From the NCBI GenBank assembly GCA_964356815.1, contig CAYHIR010000002.1:7418-71417 (forward strand): a DNA stretch of 64,000 nt, read 5' to 3'. The notes under the pieces were generated by a model, which made no database searches, was not told the DNA's origin, and saw only the letters and a list, made by a program, of their open reading frames with translations. The position numbers and the translations under genes are program-made. Positions 8,946 to 19,108 of the stretch are shown here, piece after piece. This DNA is from an uncultured Candidatus Saccharibacteria bacterium (GTDB lineage Bacteria; Patescibacteriota; Minisyncoccia; Phycocordibacterales; DATGWK01). How positions within the stretch are numbered: the first letter of the stretch is position 1; each line of letters opens with the position of its first letter.

Positions 8946-10006
8946 TTTCCCTCAAGTGGCCCCGACGAACCACCTCGCCCAGCAATAACCGAGACGCTAA
9001 TACCACTTTCATTTGCCACATACACTTTTTTACCAAAACCAAGCATTGCGAAAGGTTTTGATCCAACACCGAGAGTAGACACAGTATTGCTGTTCAAAGT
9101 ATCGATAACCGACACAGAATCGTCGGCAAGATTGGCGACATAAACCTTAGAGCCAAGTACGGCTATTTCTTTCGGCAGATTACCCACGGGGATAGTAGAG
9201 ACGGCGTTATCACTGGCAGTATCAATAATAGAAATCGTGTCATCGATACTGTTGGTAACATAAACTTTTTTACCCAAAGTAGCTAAAGCAGGACCGTAAA
9301 AAGAGCTCTGACCGACTGTTATAGAAGAAACGGAATAGTTGTTTGCGGGATCGATAATTGAAACAGTGTTACCAACATTGCCCACAAAGACCTTCCCGCC
9401 GAGTGTGGCTAGAGAATGAGGCTTAGTGCCAAGATCTATGCTCGTAACAGCATTGCCGTTGGCGATGTCGATAATAGACACACCACTACTTTCAGCCACA
9501 TAAACCTTTTTACCCACCACGAGTAAATCTTTCGGACCGAAGCCAACTTGAATGTTGGAGGCAGAATTACCATTGGCAGTGTCGATGATAGAAACCACAC
9601 CCTTGCTCTCACTTGCGACATAGACCTTAGAATCGGTGGCTGCTACGGCGTAAGGAAACTGACCAACTGTTACGGAAGTTACAGAGTTGGCATTTGCAGT
9701 ATCAATAACAGACACGGAATTGTCGCCACTGTTTACCACATACACCTTCGATCCGACACTGACCATAGACTGAGGCGCGGCTCCAACATTTACAGTCGAA
9801 ACTGAATTTGCATTGGCAGTGTCGATGACGGATACGGTCGCATCGTCAAAATTGGCTACAAAAACTTTAGAGCCTACGGTTGCAAAAGCTCGGGGTCCTC
9901 CACCCACAGGAATTGTGACCAAAACAGTATCTGCTGAAACTAGATTGGAAAATATACCGAAAAGTATGAGAACGAAGACAGCAATGAAGGGTAGAGATTT
10001 TTTCAT
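8942..10006 (-). CDS. Secreted YVTN/YncE-type beta-propeller protein
   Basis: Signal peptide plus about eight ~40-aa repeats of KVYVxN...SVIDT...VG..P. Confidence 0.9.
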   Translation of the reverse strand: MKKSLPFIAVFVLILFGIFSNLVSADTVLVTIPVGGGPRAFATVGSKVFVANFDDATVSVIDTANANSVSTVNVGAAPQSMVSVGSKVYVVNSGDNSVSVIDTANANSVTSVTVGQFPYAVAATDSKVYVASESKGVVSIIDTANGNSASNIQVGFGPKDLLVVGKKVYVAESSGVSIIDIANGNAVTSIDLGTKPHSLATLGGKVFVGNVGNTVSIIDPANNYSVSSITVGQSSFYGPALATLGKKVYVTNSIDDTISIIDTASDNAVSTIPVGNLPKEIAVLGSKVYVANLADDSVSVIDTLNSNTVSTLGVGSKPFAMLGFGKKVYVANESGISVSVIAGRGGSSGPLEGN

Positions 10007-10146
10007 AATGAACAGACTGAGTGCAGTTTTTTAAATTATTAATAAAATAAACGACGACAAACGACCATGAACAGAAGTAACAGAATAATTCTAGCAAAAC
10101 CACTTAGAAGAGTATACTCGGCTCATTTCGTGTTATATTTCTAGGA

Positions 10147-11016
10147 ATGGAACCAGCCCAAAAAAATCGCGCCTTGGGTGTCGTCCTGATTGCTATTATT
10201 CTAATCGGTGGCTTTTTCTTCTACCGCACATACACCAAGCTAAGCGACGCTCGAAGCGAGCTCTCCTCTTCAACAGCCGCCGCAGAGGAGTTCCAATTTC
10301 AACTTTCTGAAGCGGGAGAAGAAAACGCTGAGCTTAAAGAATCACTAGAAAATGAGCGCGCTCGAGCCGAAGAGCTTTCGGAGAAATTGTCTGATGCAAC
10401 GGGCGCAATAGATGAATTTGAAAAATTGAGTCGCATCGATCCAGAGCTTCTCCAAAAATATTCCAAGGTCTTCTTTCTAAATGAAAATTACAAACCGGCA
10501 GATCTCCAAGACATAACCACAAAATATTTATACACACCCGCCAAGCCAGCTACGATTCACGATGAGGTTTGGTCGAATCTTCGCCGCCTTCTTGCCCGTG
10601 CCGAAAGAGACAAGGCGCCCTTAAAGGTCGTCTCGGGCTTTCGTTCCTTCGAAGATCAGACCACGCTAAAAGGTAAATACACAACCGTCTACGGTTCTGG
10701 CGCTAATCAGTTTTCCGCCGATCAAGGCTACTCCGAACATCAGCTTGGCACAGCCGTCGACTTTGCTACCGTCGACACTCCACCCGCTGAATTAATTTTT
10801 GAAAATACTGCCGGTTACAAATGGCTCCAGAAAAATGCTCACAATTACGGCTTCGTCCTTTCCTATCCAAAAGGCAATTCGTTCTACCAATTTGAGCCGT
10901 GGCACTGGCGCTTCGTCGGTGTTGACTTAGCTACGGATCTTTACAACGACGAGAAAAATTTCTACGAAATGGATCAGCGTGAGATTGATAAATATTTAAT
11001 TAAGATTTTCGATTAA
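10147..11016 (+). CDS. M15B (VanY-like) D,D-carboxypeptidase with membrane anchor and coiled coil
   Basis: SGFRS, SEHQLGTAVD, EPWHWR motifs. Confidence 0.9.
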   Translation: MEPAQKNRALGVVLIAIILIGGFFFYRTYTKLSDARSELSSSTAAAEEFQFQLSEAGEENAELKESLENERARAEELSEKLSDATGAIDEFEKLSRIDPELLQKYSKVFFLNENYKPADLQDITTKYLYTPAKPATIHDEVWSNLRRLLARAERDKAPLKVVSGFRSFEDQTTLKGKYTTVYGSGANQFSADQGYSEHQLGTAVDFATVDTPPAELIFENTAGYKWLQKNAHNYGFVLSYPKGNSFYQFEPWHWRFVGVDLATDLYNDEKNFYEMDQREIDKYLIKIFD

Positions 11017-11129
11017 AGAATCGGCAGAGCGCGAGCGATATTGCGAGCGCGGAAAACTGGCTAATTTGAGCCGTTTTTTCATGCTTTTTATTGTATACCA
11101 AATTTACCTGTTTTCTTTGTGTTTTTTGC

Positions 11130-11158
11130 TTGACAAAAAGATTTAAGTATGATAAGCT
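11130..11158 (+). promoter_or_regulatory. Sigma70-type promoter with no substantial ORF downstream
   Basis: TTGACA-N17-TAAGCT with extended TG. Confidence 0.65.
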
Positions 11159-11164
11159 AGTAAT

Positions 11165-11386
11165 GGATCGGTAATCGCGATGTTAGCGAAAGATACTCGC
11201 GCGAAGGGGCCGCGTTTCATTTCACGCCCCTATCTCTTATCTCTCTGTGATTTACTCTTCCAAATCACAGAGGGGTGCTTAAATTGAAATCGGAGGGAGA
11301 CTCGGTGTCGTTCGTCCAACGACGCCTCGAGTAATGGGGTAAAGGACATGACCCTCGATTGCGCAAGCAACCGGGGGTCAATTTTT
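11165..11386 (+). ncRNA. Candidate structured ncRNA of unknown family
   Basis: Five consecutive hairpins between a promoter and a terminator-like stem plus ATTTTT. Confidence 0.55.
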
Positions 11387-11395
11387 ATAAATGAT

Positions 11396-11638
11396 TTATA
11401 AATCAACAGAAAGAATTTTACTCGGCGAATGATGACCGCTAATTATGCGCACTTTACCAACTGGAATTTTATAATTTCTAGCCACCAACTCCACCACTCG
11501 ACTATTAGCCATATTTCTTTCGGCTTTTTGTTTTACAGATATTTCAAAATGGTCAGCACCATGCGCGGCTTCGTTCGTTGATTTTTTTGTAAACCTCTCT
11601 ACCTTTGCACTAGGAGTAACTCTGACCTTTACATACAT
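11396..11638 (-). CDS. DUF167 / YggU family protein
   Basis: VKVRVTP, A..N.AN, IISGHHSPSK pattern. Confidence 0.85.
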   Translation of the reverse strand: MYVKVRVTPSAKVERFTKKSTNEAAHGADHFEISVKQKAERNMANSRVVELVARNYKIPVGKVRIISGHHSPSKILSVDL

Positions 11639-11743
11639 AAATTGATATTAGCATGAAGCCTACGGTAAAGCGCCTGCCGAAGTGGTATACTTGATACAGA
11701 GTCGTTTTCGTTCTTTTCATCACCCAATACCCTGGAGGGGAAA

Positions 11744-12613
11744 ATGTACACAAGAAAAATCGCAGGTTTAGACCGTGAGCTTCATTGGCCGGCGGTGCTT
11801 GGCCTCGGATTTATTCATGTAGTAGCCCTATGCGCCATCTGGCCAGGCTTCTTTTCGTGGAGTGGTCTGATTATCGCCGTCTTTCTTGGCTGGCTTTCTG
11901 GCTGGCTTGGAATCACACTGTGCTTCCATCGTCTGCTCACCCACCGAAGCTTTGAGACGCCAAAATGGTTTGAATATTTTCTGACCATCTGCGGCACTCT
12001 GGCTTGGCAAGGTGGGCCGATCACTTGGGTCGGCACTCATCGCATTCACCACGCTTATTCCGACGAAGATGGCGACCCTCACTCGCCCCGACACGGACCT
12101 TGGTGGGCACATGTCTTTTGGACCGTCTTCAAGAGACCGATCGGTGCCAGAGATCCGTGGAGCGTTGCCAAAGATCTTTCGGGCGATAAAGGGACTTTCC
12201 TAATCGACCGATTTTTCGGGGCTCCGCAATTCGTTGTGACAATCGCTCTTCTCACCGCCGGTTACTTTCTCTACGGAGCCGAGACAGCACTTTCGTGGTT
12301 CGTTTGGGGTATTGGAGTCCGCACTTTCGTGATCTACCATATCACATGGGCAGTCAATTCGATTTGCCACATGTGGGGCTACAGAAACTTCGAAACCTCT
12401 GACCAGTCACGGAATAATCTACTGGTTGGCATCCTTTCAGCAGGAGAAGGTTTCCACAACAACCATCACCGCGACCAACGCTCCGCGAGACACGGCATGA
12501 AGTGGTGGGAAATTGATGTCACCTGGCTGACGATCAAAATCCTGTCCTTCCTCGGACTTGCTTGGAACATCAAACAACCCAACTCCGAGACGCTCACAAA
12601 ACTCGCCGGATAA
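11744..12613 (+). CDS. Delta-9-type acyl-lipid/acyl-CoA fatty acid desaturase
   Basis: Three His boxes HRLLTH, HRIHH, HNNHH; DPHSP, VNSICH, WWEID. Confidence 0.93.
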   Translation: MYTRKIAGLDRELHWPAVLGLGFIHVVALCAIWPGFFSWSGLIIAVFLGWLSGWLGITLCFHRLLTHRSFETPKWFEYFLTICGTLAWQGGPITWVGTHRIHHAYSDEDGDPHSPRHGPWWAHVFWTVFKRPIGARDPWSVAKDLSGDKGTFLIDRFFGAPQFVVTIALLTAGYFLYGAETALSWFVWGIGVRTFVIYHITWAVNSICHMWGYRNFETSDQSRNNLLVGILSAGEGFHNNHHRDQRSARHGMKWWEIDVTWLTIKILSFLGLAWNIKQPNSETLTKLAG

Positions 12614-12823
12614 AAACTAAAAAACGCCAACACAGACAACAAAGAGCCGCCCACGGGCTCTTTTTTCATGCATTTTTAGCACATTTTCTTGTGCACAGGC
12701 GTAGCTTGTGCGGGCTTGACGAATTCCCTGATTTGTCCTAGTATATCGTGAGAAAAGTAGCTATTTTGACGAAACGTTCGTCGAAGGTTGCGATTCGCAA
12801 ACCCCTTTGCAGGAGGCCTCCAA

Positions 12824-13327
12824 ATGATGAGCGGAGCTCATGGACAGATCTACCCCAGAGATTTCGGGGAGCTCGATGAAGACGACAGCGTGGGATTTTT
12901 CATGGAGCATGAGGGTGCTGTTTGCTCAATTGCGAAGGTCTTCTGGTTCTCATTCGCCGCCATCGCCCTCTGTCTCGGTCTCCTCCTCATGGCACAGAGG
13001 CCCACTGATCCAAACGGCCCAATGAGCTGGCAAGATGGCCAATTCTTCGTGGTCAACCGAAGCTTCGGAGACCTTCATGTTCTCAGGATCAACCGACTCT
13101 ACCGAGTCGTGGGAACTGATCAGGACAACAGCCTGCGCGTTGAATACATGTACGGGCCGTGGCCACTTAATAAGGAAAGGCGTGAGAGCACGCTTTCAGC
13201 CAAGTGGCTCAAAGAGAACGTGCGACGGTCAGACTGTACTGTGGTGAACGGGAGCGACCGCAAATACACCGAGCAGATAGCGGAGCTCACGGGTGTAATC
13301 AAAAACGCCGCTCTCGCTGGCAGATAA
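12824..13327 (+). CDS. Single-TM hypothetical protein
   Basis: TTGACG-N17-TAGTAT (12716-12744), AGGAGG SD, terminator GCCCGATC/GATCGGGT plus T tract. Confidence 0.7.
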   Translation: MMSGAHGQIYPRDFGELDEDDSVGFFMEHEGAVCSIAKVFWFSFAAIALCLGLLLMAQRPTDPNGPMSWQDGQFFVVNRSFGDLHVLRINRLYRVVGTDQDNSLRVEYMYGPWPLNKERRESTLSAKWLKENVRRSDCTVVNGSDRKYTEQIAELTGVIKNAALAGR

Positions 13328-13406
13328 GATAGTCGCTCCAAAACGCCCGATCGATCTGATCGGGTGTTTTTTCTTGACTTTTGTACATTGCTTCGCGACC
13401 CACGGC

Positions 13407-13808
13407 TCAATACCGCCGTAAACTCAAAACCCTACCAGTTCCCTTTTCTATTTCCGTTTCGATGTTATTTTCGATGCGAATTTTTAAATAATTTTGCGTT
13501 TCATCTATTTTTTCTATCTCACACTCACCGCCTCGCAATTGCCAAATTATCTCGTCGTCTGAAAATCCACCAATCGCGCCCGTCATGCCCATCGCGATTT
13601 TTTCGCGCGCAATCGAAATGCAGGACAAATAAAGTGTTTCTGCGATTCGCGCATTTTCATAATGACCGACATTTTCACGCATCATTATAGATTGACGACC
13701 CATGTCGACAGAAATCAAAAGCATAGCGAGAGAAATGGTTGAGATTATACCGAGAGCAATGTAGCCACCTTTTATCAAACGGCCGTTTTTTGTTTTTAAA
13801 TTATTCAT
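13407..13808 (-). CDS. Pilin-like (PilX-type) protein
   Basis: KGG/YIAL plus hydrophobic helix; last gene of pilin cluster; start at ATG 13808. Confidence 0.6.
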   Translation of the reverse strand: MNNLKTKNGRLIKGGYIALGIISTISLAMLLISVDMGRQSIMMRENVGHYENARIAETLYLSCISIAREKIAMGMTGAIGGFSDDEIIWQLRGGECEIEKIDETQNYLKIRIENNIETEIEKGTGRVLSLRRY

Positions 13809-14298
13809 GAATAAAAATATGAGCCGACGAAGTGCCATATCCAAATCCGTATTCAAATATTTCAAAAGTATCCGAATCACTTTTTCTGTAGACATTAAAA
13901 TTTTGCGCAGAAAAACTGTTGCCATGAAGTAGCACAGGCTCGTCGTGATTTTCGGTTAGAAATAATTTTTGATCCTCGAGATTTATTTTTATTAAATCAC
14001 CACTAGAGCCGCCGCCACTACCGCCGAACAATCGGACCTCAAATGTGTCGGAGTCTTCGTCTAGTCCTGGCTCTAATATATCCCTCTGATTTTTAATCAG
14101 TTGACGAATGTTCGATTCGATAAAAATTCTGTCGGAAAGCTCTACGCTCGACCTACCAATTCGACCTCGCGTTTGTTCCAGAGCGTAAAATGTTGGCACA
14201 ATCGCCGTCATTATGATGGAAAGGATTGCAAGATAAATAAGTGTTTCCACCAAGCTAAAACCGGAATTGAAATTTGAATTGTAATTCGAAGTTTTCAT
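13801..14298 (-). CDS. Prepilin-type N-terminal cleavage/methylation protein
   Basis: G/FSLVETLIYLAIL class III signal. Confidence 0.85.
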   Translation of the reverse strand: MKTSNYNSNFNSGFSLVETLIYLAILSIIMTAIVPTFYALEQTRGRIGRSSVELSDRIFIESNIRQLIKNQRDILEPGLDEDSDTFEVRLFGGSGGGSSGDLIKINLEDQKLFLTENHDEPVLLHGNSFSAQNFNVYRKSDSDTFEIFEYGFGYGTSSAHIFIHE

Positions 14299-14304
14299 AA
14301 TTTT

Positions 14305-15690
14305 TTAGGGCATTAAGTTGACCATCGCAAAATATGGCTCGCCAAATATCGAAATCATAAGACGATTGTCTTCGTAGTCGACACCAGTTATTTTTTGCGC
14401 TGTAGACGCTGTTGCGACGGGTAAAATATTGGTTGTCGAGGCAATATTTAAAATTTGAAGAGTTGAGCTGTTTGAGGCAATTTTTGAAGTGCCGAGAATT
14501 GCCAAGTCGTGCTGAATGGAGATAGAATTTATATCGGCAAAAACTGTGTACGAGCCTAAAATTTCGGGCATTTCCCCGTCGAAAATTTTTGAAATATCAA
14601 TAATATAAAAATCTGGATGGATACTGCTGGCCGGACTTTTGAATCGCCCGAGATATAAAGTTTTACCAAGAAGGGCGAGTGAGCGACCGTCTTCATTACC
14701 TGGCAAATCCATTTCAGCAACCGGAAAAATGGCTTGCGGATTTAAAACATCGAGAACTATCAAATCGCGAGCATTACCTGATGTTGCCAAAAAAGCTAGG
14801 CCACTCTGCACAACGATGCTGTTTATATTGTGATTGATTTCCCGACTGCCTAGCCACACCGGTTCGTGCGGGTCACTAACATCAAAAATATGAAACTCGT
14901 GGCCGGCAGTGCGCCGTGTACCGATATAAATGCGATTGTCGTAATAAAAAATGCTCCAACCTTCCGGCCGCGAGCCCGCCACACCCGGCAAAGTGCTCGT
15001 GGCGATAAGAGAAGGTGACTCACTTAGATGAATCTTTGGATCAATTATTGCCAGCTGGCCTGTAGAATTTTTTAAGGCGGCGAAAATGGTTCCGTTTGCT
15101 ACGTCTAAAGCATTGATGCCAGAACCTAGGCCGGCGGCGAGGTGAAATTCATATAAAGAATCGTCAAAAGAGCCGGCGATTAGATCTGGCCGATCCTCGT
15201 CGGCTTCTGGACTAATTAGAGAAACGAAAAAATTTTGCCCCAAAATATCTACGCCAGTCGCCTCCACTGCACCAAAATTTTCTGCGGCGGAATCGAGCGT
15301 GGGATCAACATCGCCCGTTTTTATAAAATCGGGATAACCACCGCAATCTTCACCGCGCCGTTTGAGTTCGGGGATGTCGGCCACTAGCAAGCTTTCCGAA
15401 ATTTCCACCAAGCACGGCGTAATATTTCTAAATTTTTCTGAAATCCCCTCCACACCTGCCCATGATAAATCGAGCGACTTAAAAAAATAATTTTCGAGAG
15501 CATCGTGCGCGATGCCCACTGCAGAAAATCGCAAGCCCGTTCGTACTGAAATATCGTCAGATTGAAAAACTAACACCCAAACCGAGGAAGAAATCAAAGC
15601 AAAAAGCCCGAGAGCGATCATGGCTTCGATGAGGGCGATGCCTGCGCGCTTCGATCGTCCGCCGAAATTTTTAAATAATGGCACCGACAT
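14305..15690 (-). CDS. Pilin-like protein with LVIVD-type beta-propeller repeats (possible tip adhesin)
   Basis: G/IALIEAMIAL signal; repeated FHIFDVSDP, LIVLDVLNP, FYIIDIS, LQILNIA. Confidence 0.75.
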   Translation of the reverse strand: MSVPLFKNFGGRSKRAGIALIEAMIALGLFALISSSVWVLVFQSDDISVRTGLRFSAVGIAHDALENYFFKSLDLSWAGVEGISEKFRNITPCLVEISESLLVADIPELKRRGEDCGGYPDFIKTGDVDPTLDSAAENFGAVEATGVDILGQNFFVSLISPEADEDRPDLIAGSFDDSLYEFHLAAGLGSGINALDVANGTIFAALKNSTGQLAIIDPKIHLSESPSLIATSTLPGVAGSRPEGWSIFYYDNRIYIGTRRTAGHEFHIFDVSDPHEPVWLGSREINHNINSIVVQSGLAFLATSGNARDLIVLDVLNPQAIFPVAEMDLPGNEDGRSLALLGKTLYLGRFKSPASSIHPDFYIIDISKIFDGEMPEILGSYTVFADINSISIQHDLAILGTSKIASNSSTLQILNIASTTNILPVATASTAQKITGVDYEDNRLMISIFGEPYFAMVNLMP

Positions 15691-16171
15691 GATTTATTTT
15701 TATTTCTTGATTACAGGCCGGGCCGCTTAGGCCCAGAGAAGCCTCGCTACTTCTTACCCCAGACTTGTCTATTACAAACTCAACGCGATTTTCCGGAAAA
15801 AATTCCGACGAAGATGTGGCGACGAAACCTTCGGAAAGTAAAAATGATTCAAGTAACACATCTCCGTTGTCACCATCGGCAAAAATTTTTATTTCATTTT
15901 CATCAAAAATAGCCACAATATTTTCATCCGTTTTTGCTGACGTCGCCGCTAAATTTCTAGCGCGCAAAATTGCGCCGTGAAGCAAATTGAATTCTGTGTG
16001 ACAAATATTTTTAGCTGCGGAACCAAGGCCGAGACCAACACCCATTGCCGCTATTGCTGCCGCGATTCCCATAACCACCACGATTTCTATCAAGGTGAAA
16101 CCACGCCGAACCGCGCGCCAAAGCCTCCGCGTGAGGCGCCACCTATCTCCTGACATTGCTCGTAATTTCAT
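15671..16171 (-). CDS. Prepilin-type protein (true start probably slightly downstream)
   Basis: RRG/FTLIEIVVV. Confidence 0.8.
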   Translation of the reverse strand: MKLRAMSGDRWRLTRRLWRAVRRGFTLIEIVVVMGIAAAIAAMGVGLGLGSAAKNICHTEFNLLHGAILRARNLAATSAKTDENIVAIFDENEIKIFADGDNGDVLLESFLLSEGFVATSSSEFFPENRVEFVIDKSGVRSSEASLGLSGPACNQEIKINHVGAII

Positions 16172-17219
16172 AAATTGGCGTGATTATCGAGATGGCAATA
16201 AAACCAACGGCCAAGCCAAGAGCGATCATGAGTGCCGGCTCGATCATTTTGGAAAAAGTCTCGATGTCCGACTCAAATATCTCAGAATTTATTTTGGCAA
16301 TTTGCCCGCAAACATCCGAAAGTGAGCCGGTGCGTTCGCCTATTGCTAAAATATTTATATACATTTTTGGGAAAAGCCAAGTGCCAGTGCTTCCGAGTGC
16401 CTCCGCCAACTGTTCTCCTTGAGTGATTTCTTCTTTCGCACTTTCAAGAGCCTGCCTGTACAAATCACTCGTCACAGTGAGTTTCGTCACCTCTATCGCT
16501 TCGACCAAATTGGTTCCAGAAGATGTCAAAACGCTAATCGATTTAAAAATATGAGAGACGGAATACGCCCGATACAAACCACCAAAAAGCGGTGCAAGCA
16601 AAAGAAATTTTTCTAAAAATATTCGCACGCTGGAAAATTTTTTGACAAGAAAGAAAACCGCCGTCACAAAAACGCTTAATCCGAGCACCAAAAATACCCA
16701 GTAATGTTTCAAAAAATCAGCCAGAAATATTACGACCCGAGTCGAGATCGGCAAATCACCTCTCACACTCTGAAGAACAGGAATGATTTTTGGAAAAATA
16801 AAACTCACAATGCCAGTTATTAAAATAAGTGCGAAAACCGCCACGCACGATGGGTAAATAAGCGCACCAATAATTTTTTTGCGAATTTCATTAGAGCGAG
16901 AAAGTTCATCCGCGGCATTTCCAAAAGAATCGCCAAGCGAACCACTCACCTCCCCCACCCTCACCAAAGCCAAAACTATCGATCGCCAACCAGAACTTTT
17001 ACCACCAGCAACAAAAAATTCGCTCAAAGCTTCACCACGATTTACTTCATCCGCCGCTTCCACAAAAAACGCACTGACTTTTTTCGAATGCGATTCATCG
17101 GCCAAAGTCGTCAAGCTTTCGTGCAAAGTCAGGCCAGAGCCGATCAAAACAGAAAGCTGGCGCGAAATGTAAATTTGATCCGCGAGACTTAGTTTTTTAA
17201 AATTAAACATATTAAACAT
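16143..17219 (-). CDS. pilC: Type IV pilus/T2SS platform protein (PilC/GspF)
   Basis: RQLSVLIGSGL, GEVSGSL, ALIYP, GERTGSL, IEP duplicated GspF domains. Confidence 0.88.
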   Translation of the reverse strand: MFNMFNFKKLSLADQIYISRQLSVLIGSGLTLHESLTTLADESHSKKVSAFFVEAADEVNRGEALSEFFVAGGKSSGWRSIVLALVRVGEVSGSLGDSFGNAADELSRSNEIRKKIIGALIYPSCVAVFALILITGIVSFIFPKIIPVLQSVRGDLPISTRVVIFLADFLKHYWVFLVLGLSVFVTAVFFLVKKFSSVRIFLEKFLLLAPLFGGLYRAYSVSHIFKSISVLTSSGTNLVEAIEVTKLTVTSDLYRQALESAKEEITQGEQLAEALGSTGTWLFPKMYINILAIGERTGSLSDVCGQIAKINSEIFESDIETFSKMIEPALMIALGLAVGFIAISIITPIYEITSNVRR

Positions 17220-18438
17220 GTAAAACTCTAAAAAGCTCTTCGAATGTCGTCACGCCTCCGGCCACGGCATCGACACCGCAACCAAGCAAGCTCCGCCAAC
17301 CAATTTTTTCAAAATAATTTTTCAGCGCGTCATAACCAGCGCTTGATCTTATAAGTTCGCGCAGTTCATCATCTACAAAAACAATTTCGTAAACTACCGA
17401 CCGGCCACGAAAACCAGTCTTGCCACAAGCTTCACAGCCAGTACCGCGCATTTCTTTTTCGAGTCCGATCGGCTTTTTTAGCTTTAGCTCAGCCGCTTTC
17501 AAGCACCAGTTTGGGATTGGCGAAGGCTTAGCACACACAGAACAAACTTTTCTAACCAACCTTTGCGACACAACCACCGAAAGTGATGGCGCTAGTACAA
17601 AGCTCGGCACACCCATCGTAATGAGCCTCACGATTGTCCGCGGTGCATCCATAGTGTGCAGAGTAGAAAGAACCAAATGACCAGTGAGCGCCGCCGAGGC
17701 CGCAAGCTCGGCAGTTTCTGCATCACGAATCTCGCCAACCATCACCACATCCGGATCCTGTCTCAAAAGAGCGCGAAGCGCGGTGCTGAATGTAAAATTG
17801 TGCCGATGATGAACGGGTATCTGGGTCACTTTGCCGAGCGCATACTCTATCGGATCCTCTAGCGAGACAACAGAAATGTCTTTTTCTGCGACCATTTCCA
17901 AAATTTCATAAAGAGTTGTCGTTTTTCCAGAGCCTGTTGGGCCGGTTATGAGTATTAGGCCATCAGGCTGGCCAATGGCCCGCTCTATGAGCACACAATC
18001 GGCACTGGAAAAACCAAGATCGTACAACTTTCTCCTACCAGACGGCTTCGTGAGCAAACGCATAACCGCCTTTTCGCCCCAATATGTGGGCATAATAGAA
18101 AGACGAATATCGGCGAGCAAGCCAGCATAACGAAAAGTGTATCGGCCATCTTGCGGCAGAGTGTGAATATCTGTACGGAGGCGTGCCAGCACCTTAAGCC
18201 TAGCAATTAAACTGTCGTGTAAAGCGGGCGCAGGCGAATCTACTTCTCGCAATAAACCATCGACACGAAAACGCACAAATGAAGCACCTTCGCGTCTCTC
18301 TATATGAATGTCTGAAGCGCCTTTTTTAAGCGCCGACTCAATAAGCGTGTCTAAAGCCCGGGCCACACCCGGCACAACGATAGAAGCCGCATGAAGCGAG
18401 ACACCAATTGGACGAATTGAGATCTTTTCGTTGCTCAC
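17212..18438 (-). CDS. pilB: Type IV pilus/T2SS assembly ATPase (PilB/GspE), lacking long N-terminal domain
   Basis: ASDIHIE, PQDGR, GPTGSGKTTT, LRQDPD, GEIRD, TGHLVLSTLH, tetracysteine motif. Confidence 0.9.
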   Translation of the reverse strand: MSNEKISIRPIGVSLHAASIVVPGVARALDTLIESALKKGASDIHIERREGASFVRFRVDGLLREVDSPAPALHDSLIARLKVLARLRTDIHTLPQDGRYTFRYAGLLADIRLSIMPTYWGEKAVMRLLTKPSGRRKLYDLGFSSADCVLIERAIGQPDGLILITGPTGSGKTTTLYEILEMVAEKDISVVSLEDPIEYALGKVTQIPVHHRHNFTFSTALRALLRQDPDVVMVGEIRDAETAELAASAALTGHLVLSTLHTMDAPRTIVRLITMGVPSFVLAPSLSVVVSQRLVRKVCSVCAKPSPIPNWCLKAAELKLKKPIGLEKEMRGTGCEACGKTGFRGRSVVYEIVFVDDELRELIRSSAGYDALKNYFEKIGWRSLLGCGVDAVAGGVTTFEELFRVLHV

Positions 18439-18493
18439 ACAACAGAGAGTAGCCGATCGACTTCAAGGAAAGTTTAATTTTTATTAAAAATTT

Positions 18494-19108
18494 TTAGCTC
18501 GTTTTTGTACAATAATCATTCATCGCAATGCCCGCCGCCACGGCGACATTTAAAGAGCGCACACTACCGCGCTGAGAAATAGCCACTGTCGCTTGGCATT
18601 TTTTTAAAATTTCTTCTGGTATACCAGCGCTTTCTTGACCGAAAATCATGAGCGTTTTACGCGCGCCGTCCCATGAAAAATCTTTAAGCGACACAGCGTC
18701 GGGTGTATTTTCAATAGCCACCACCGATTCATATTCAGCAAAAAGCGCGTCGAGATCTTCCACAAATTTTATATGTTTGAAACGAGAATAAAATTCCGCC
18801 CCCACGCTCGCGCGGCGATCAAATTTGCGGTGACCGTAGAGAATTATTTCCTGCGCACCAAAAGCATTAGCTGAGCGCACAATATTGCCGGCATTGTTGT
18901 CGTAAAGAACATTCAGAATGAGGACGCTAAAATTTAATTTCTGCTCGTTTAAATATTTTTCTGTTTCTTCTGCCGAAAGCCATTTCAAATGATCCGCCAC
19001 ATTTCGTGGTTTGTTTTCTTCGAAGGCTAGGGTTTTGCCGGCATCGACTTCGCCCGATTTGCCCGCGCCAAACTCTAGATCTTGCGCCGTCTTTACTTGC
19101 TTTTCCAT
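18494..19108 (-). CDS. TrmH/SpoU family RNA methyltransferase
   Basis: NAGNIVRSA, FGQESAG, RSLNVAVA. Confidence 0.9.
   Translation of the reverse strand: MEKQVKTAQDLEFGAGKSGEVDAGKTLAFEENKPRNVADHLKWLSAEETEKYLNEQKLNFSVLILNVLYDNNAGNIVRSANAFGAQEIILYGHRKFDRRASVGAEFYSRFKHIKFVEDLDALFAEYESVVAIENTPDAVSLKDFSWDGARKTLMIFGQESAGIPEEILKKCQATVAISQRGSVRSLNVAVAAGIAMNDYCTKTS

Noticed and set aside
8990-9930. Periodic DNA similarity as a CRISPR or tandem repeat array
   Set aside because: Explained by ~40-aa beta-propeller blades of one ORF; there are no identical repeats with spacers.
7377-10006. tRNA-anchored integrative island
   Set aside because: No integrase, and no duplicate of the tRNA 3' end was seen in the window.
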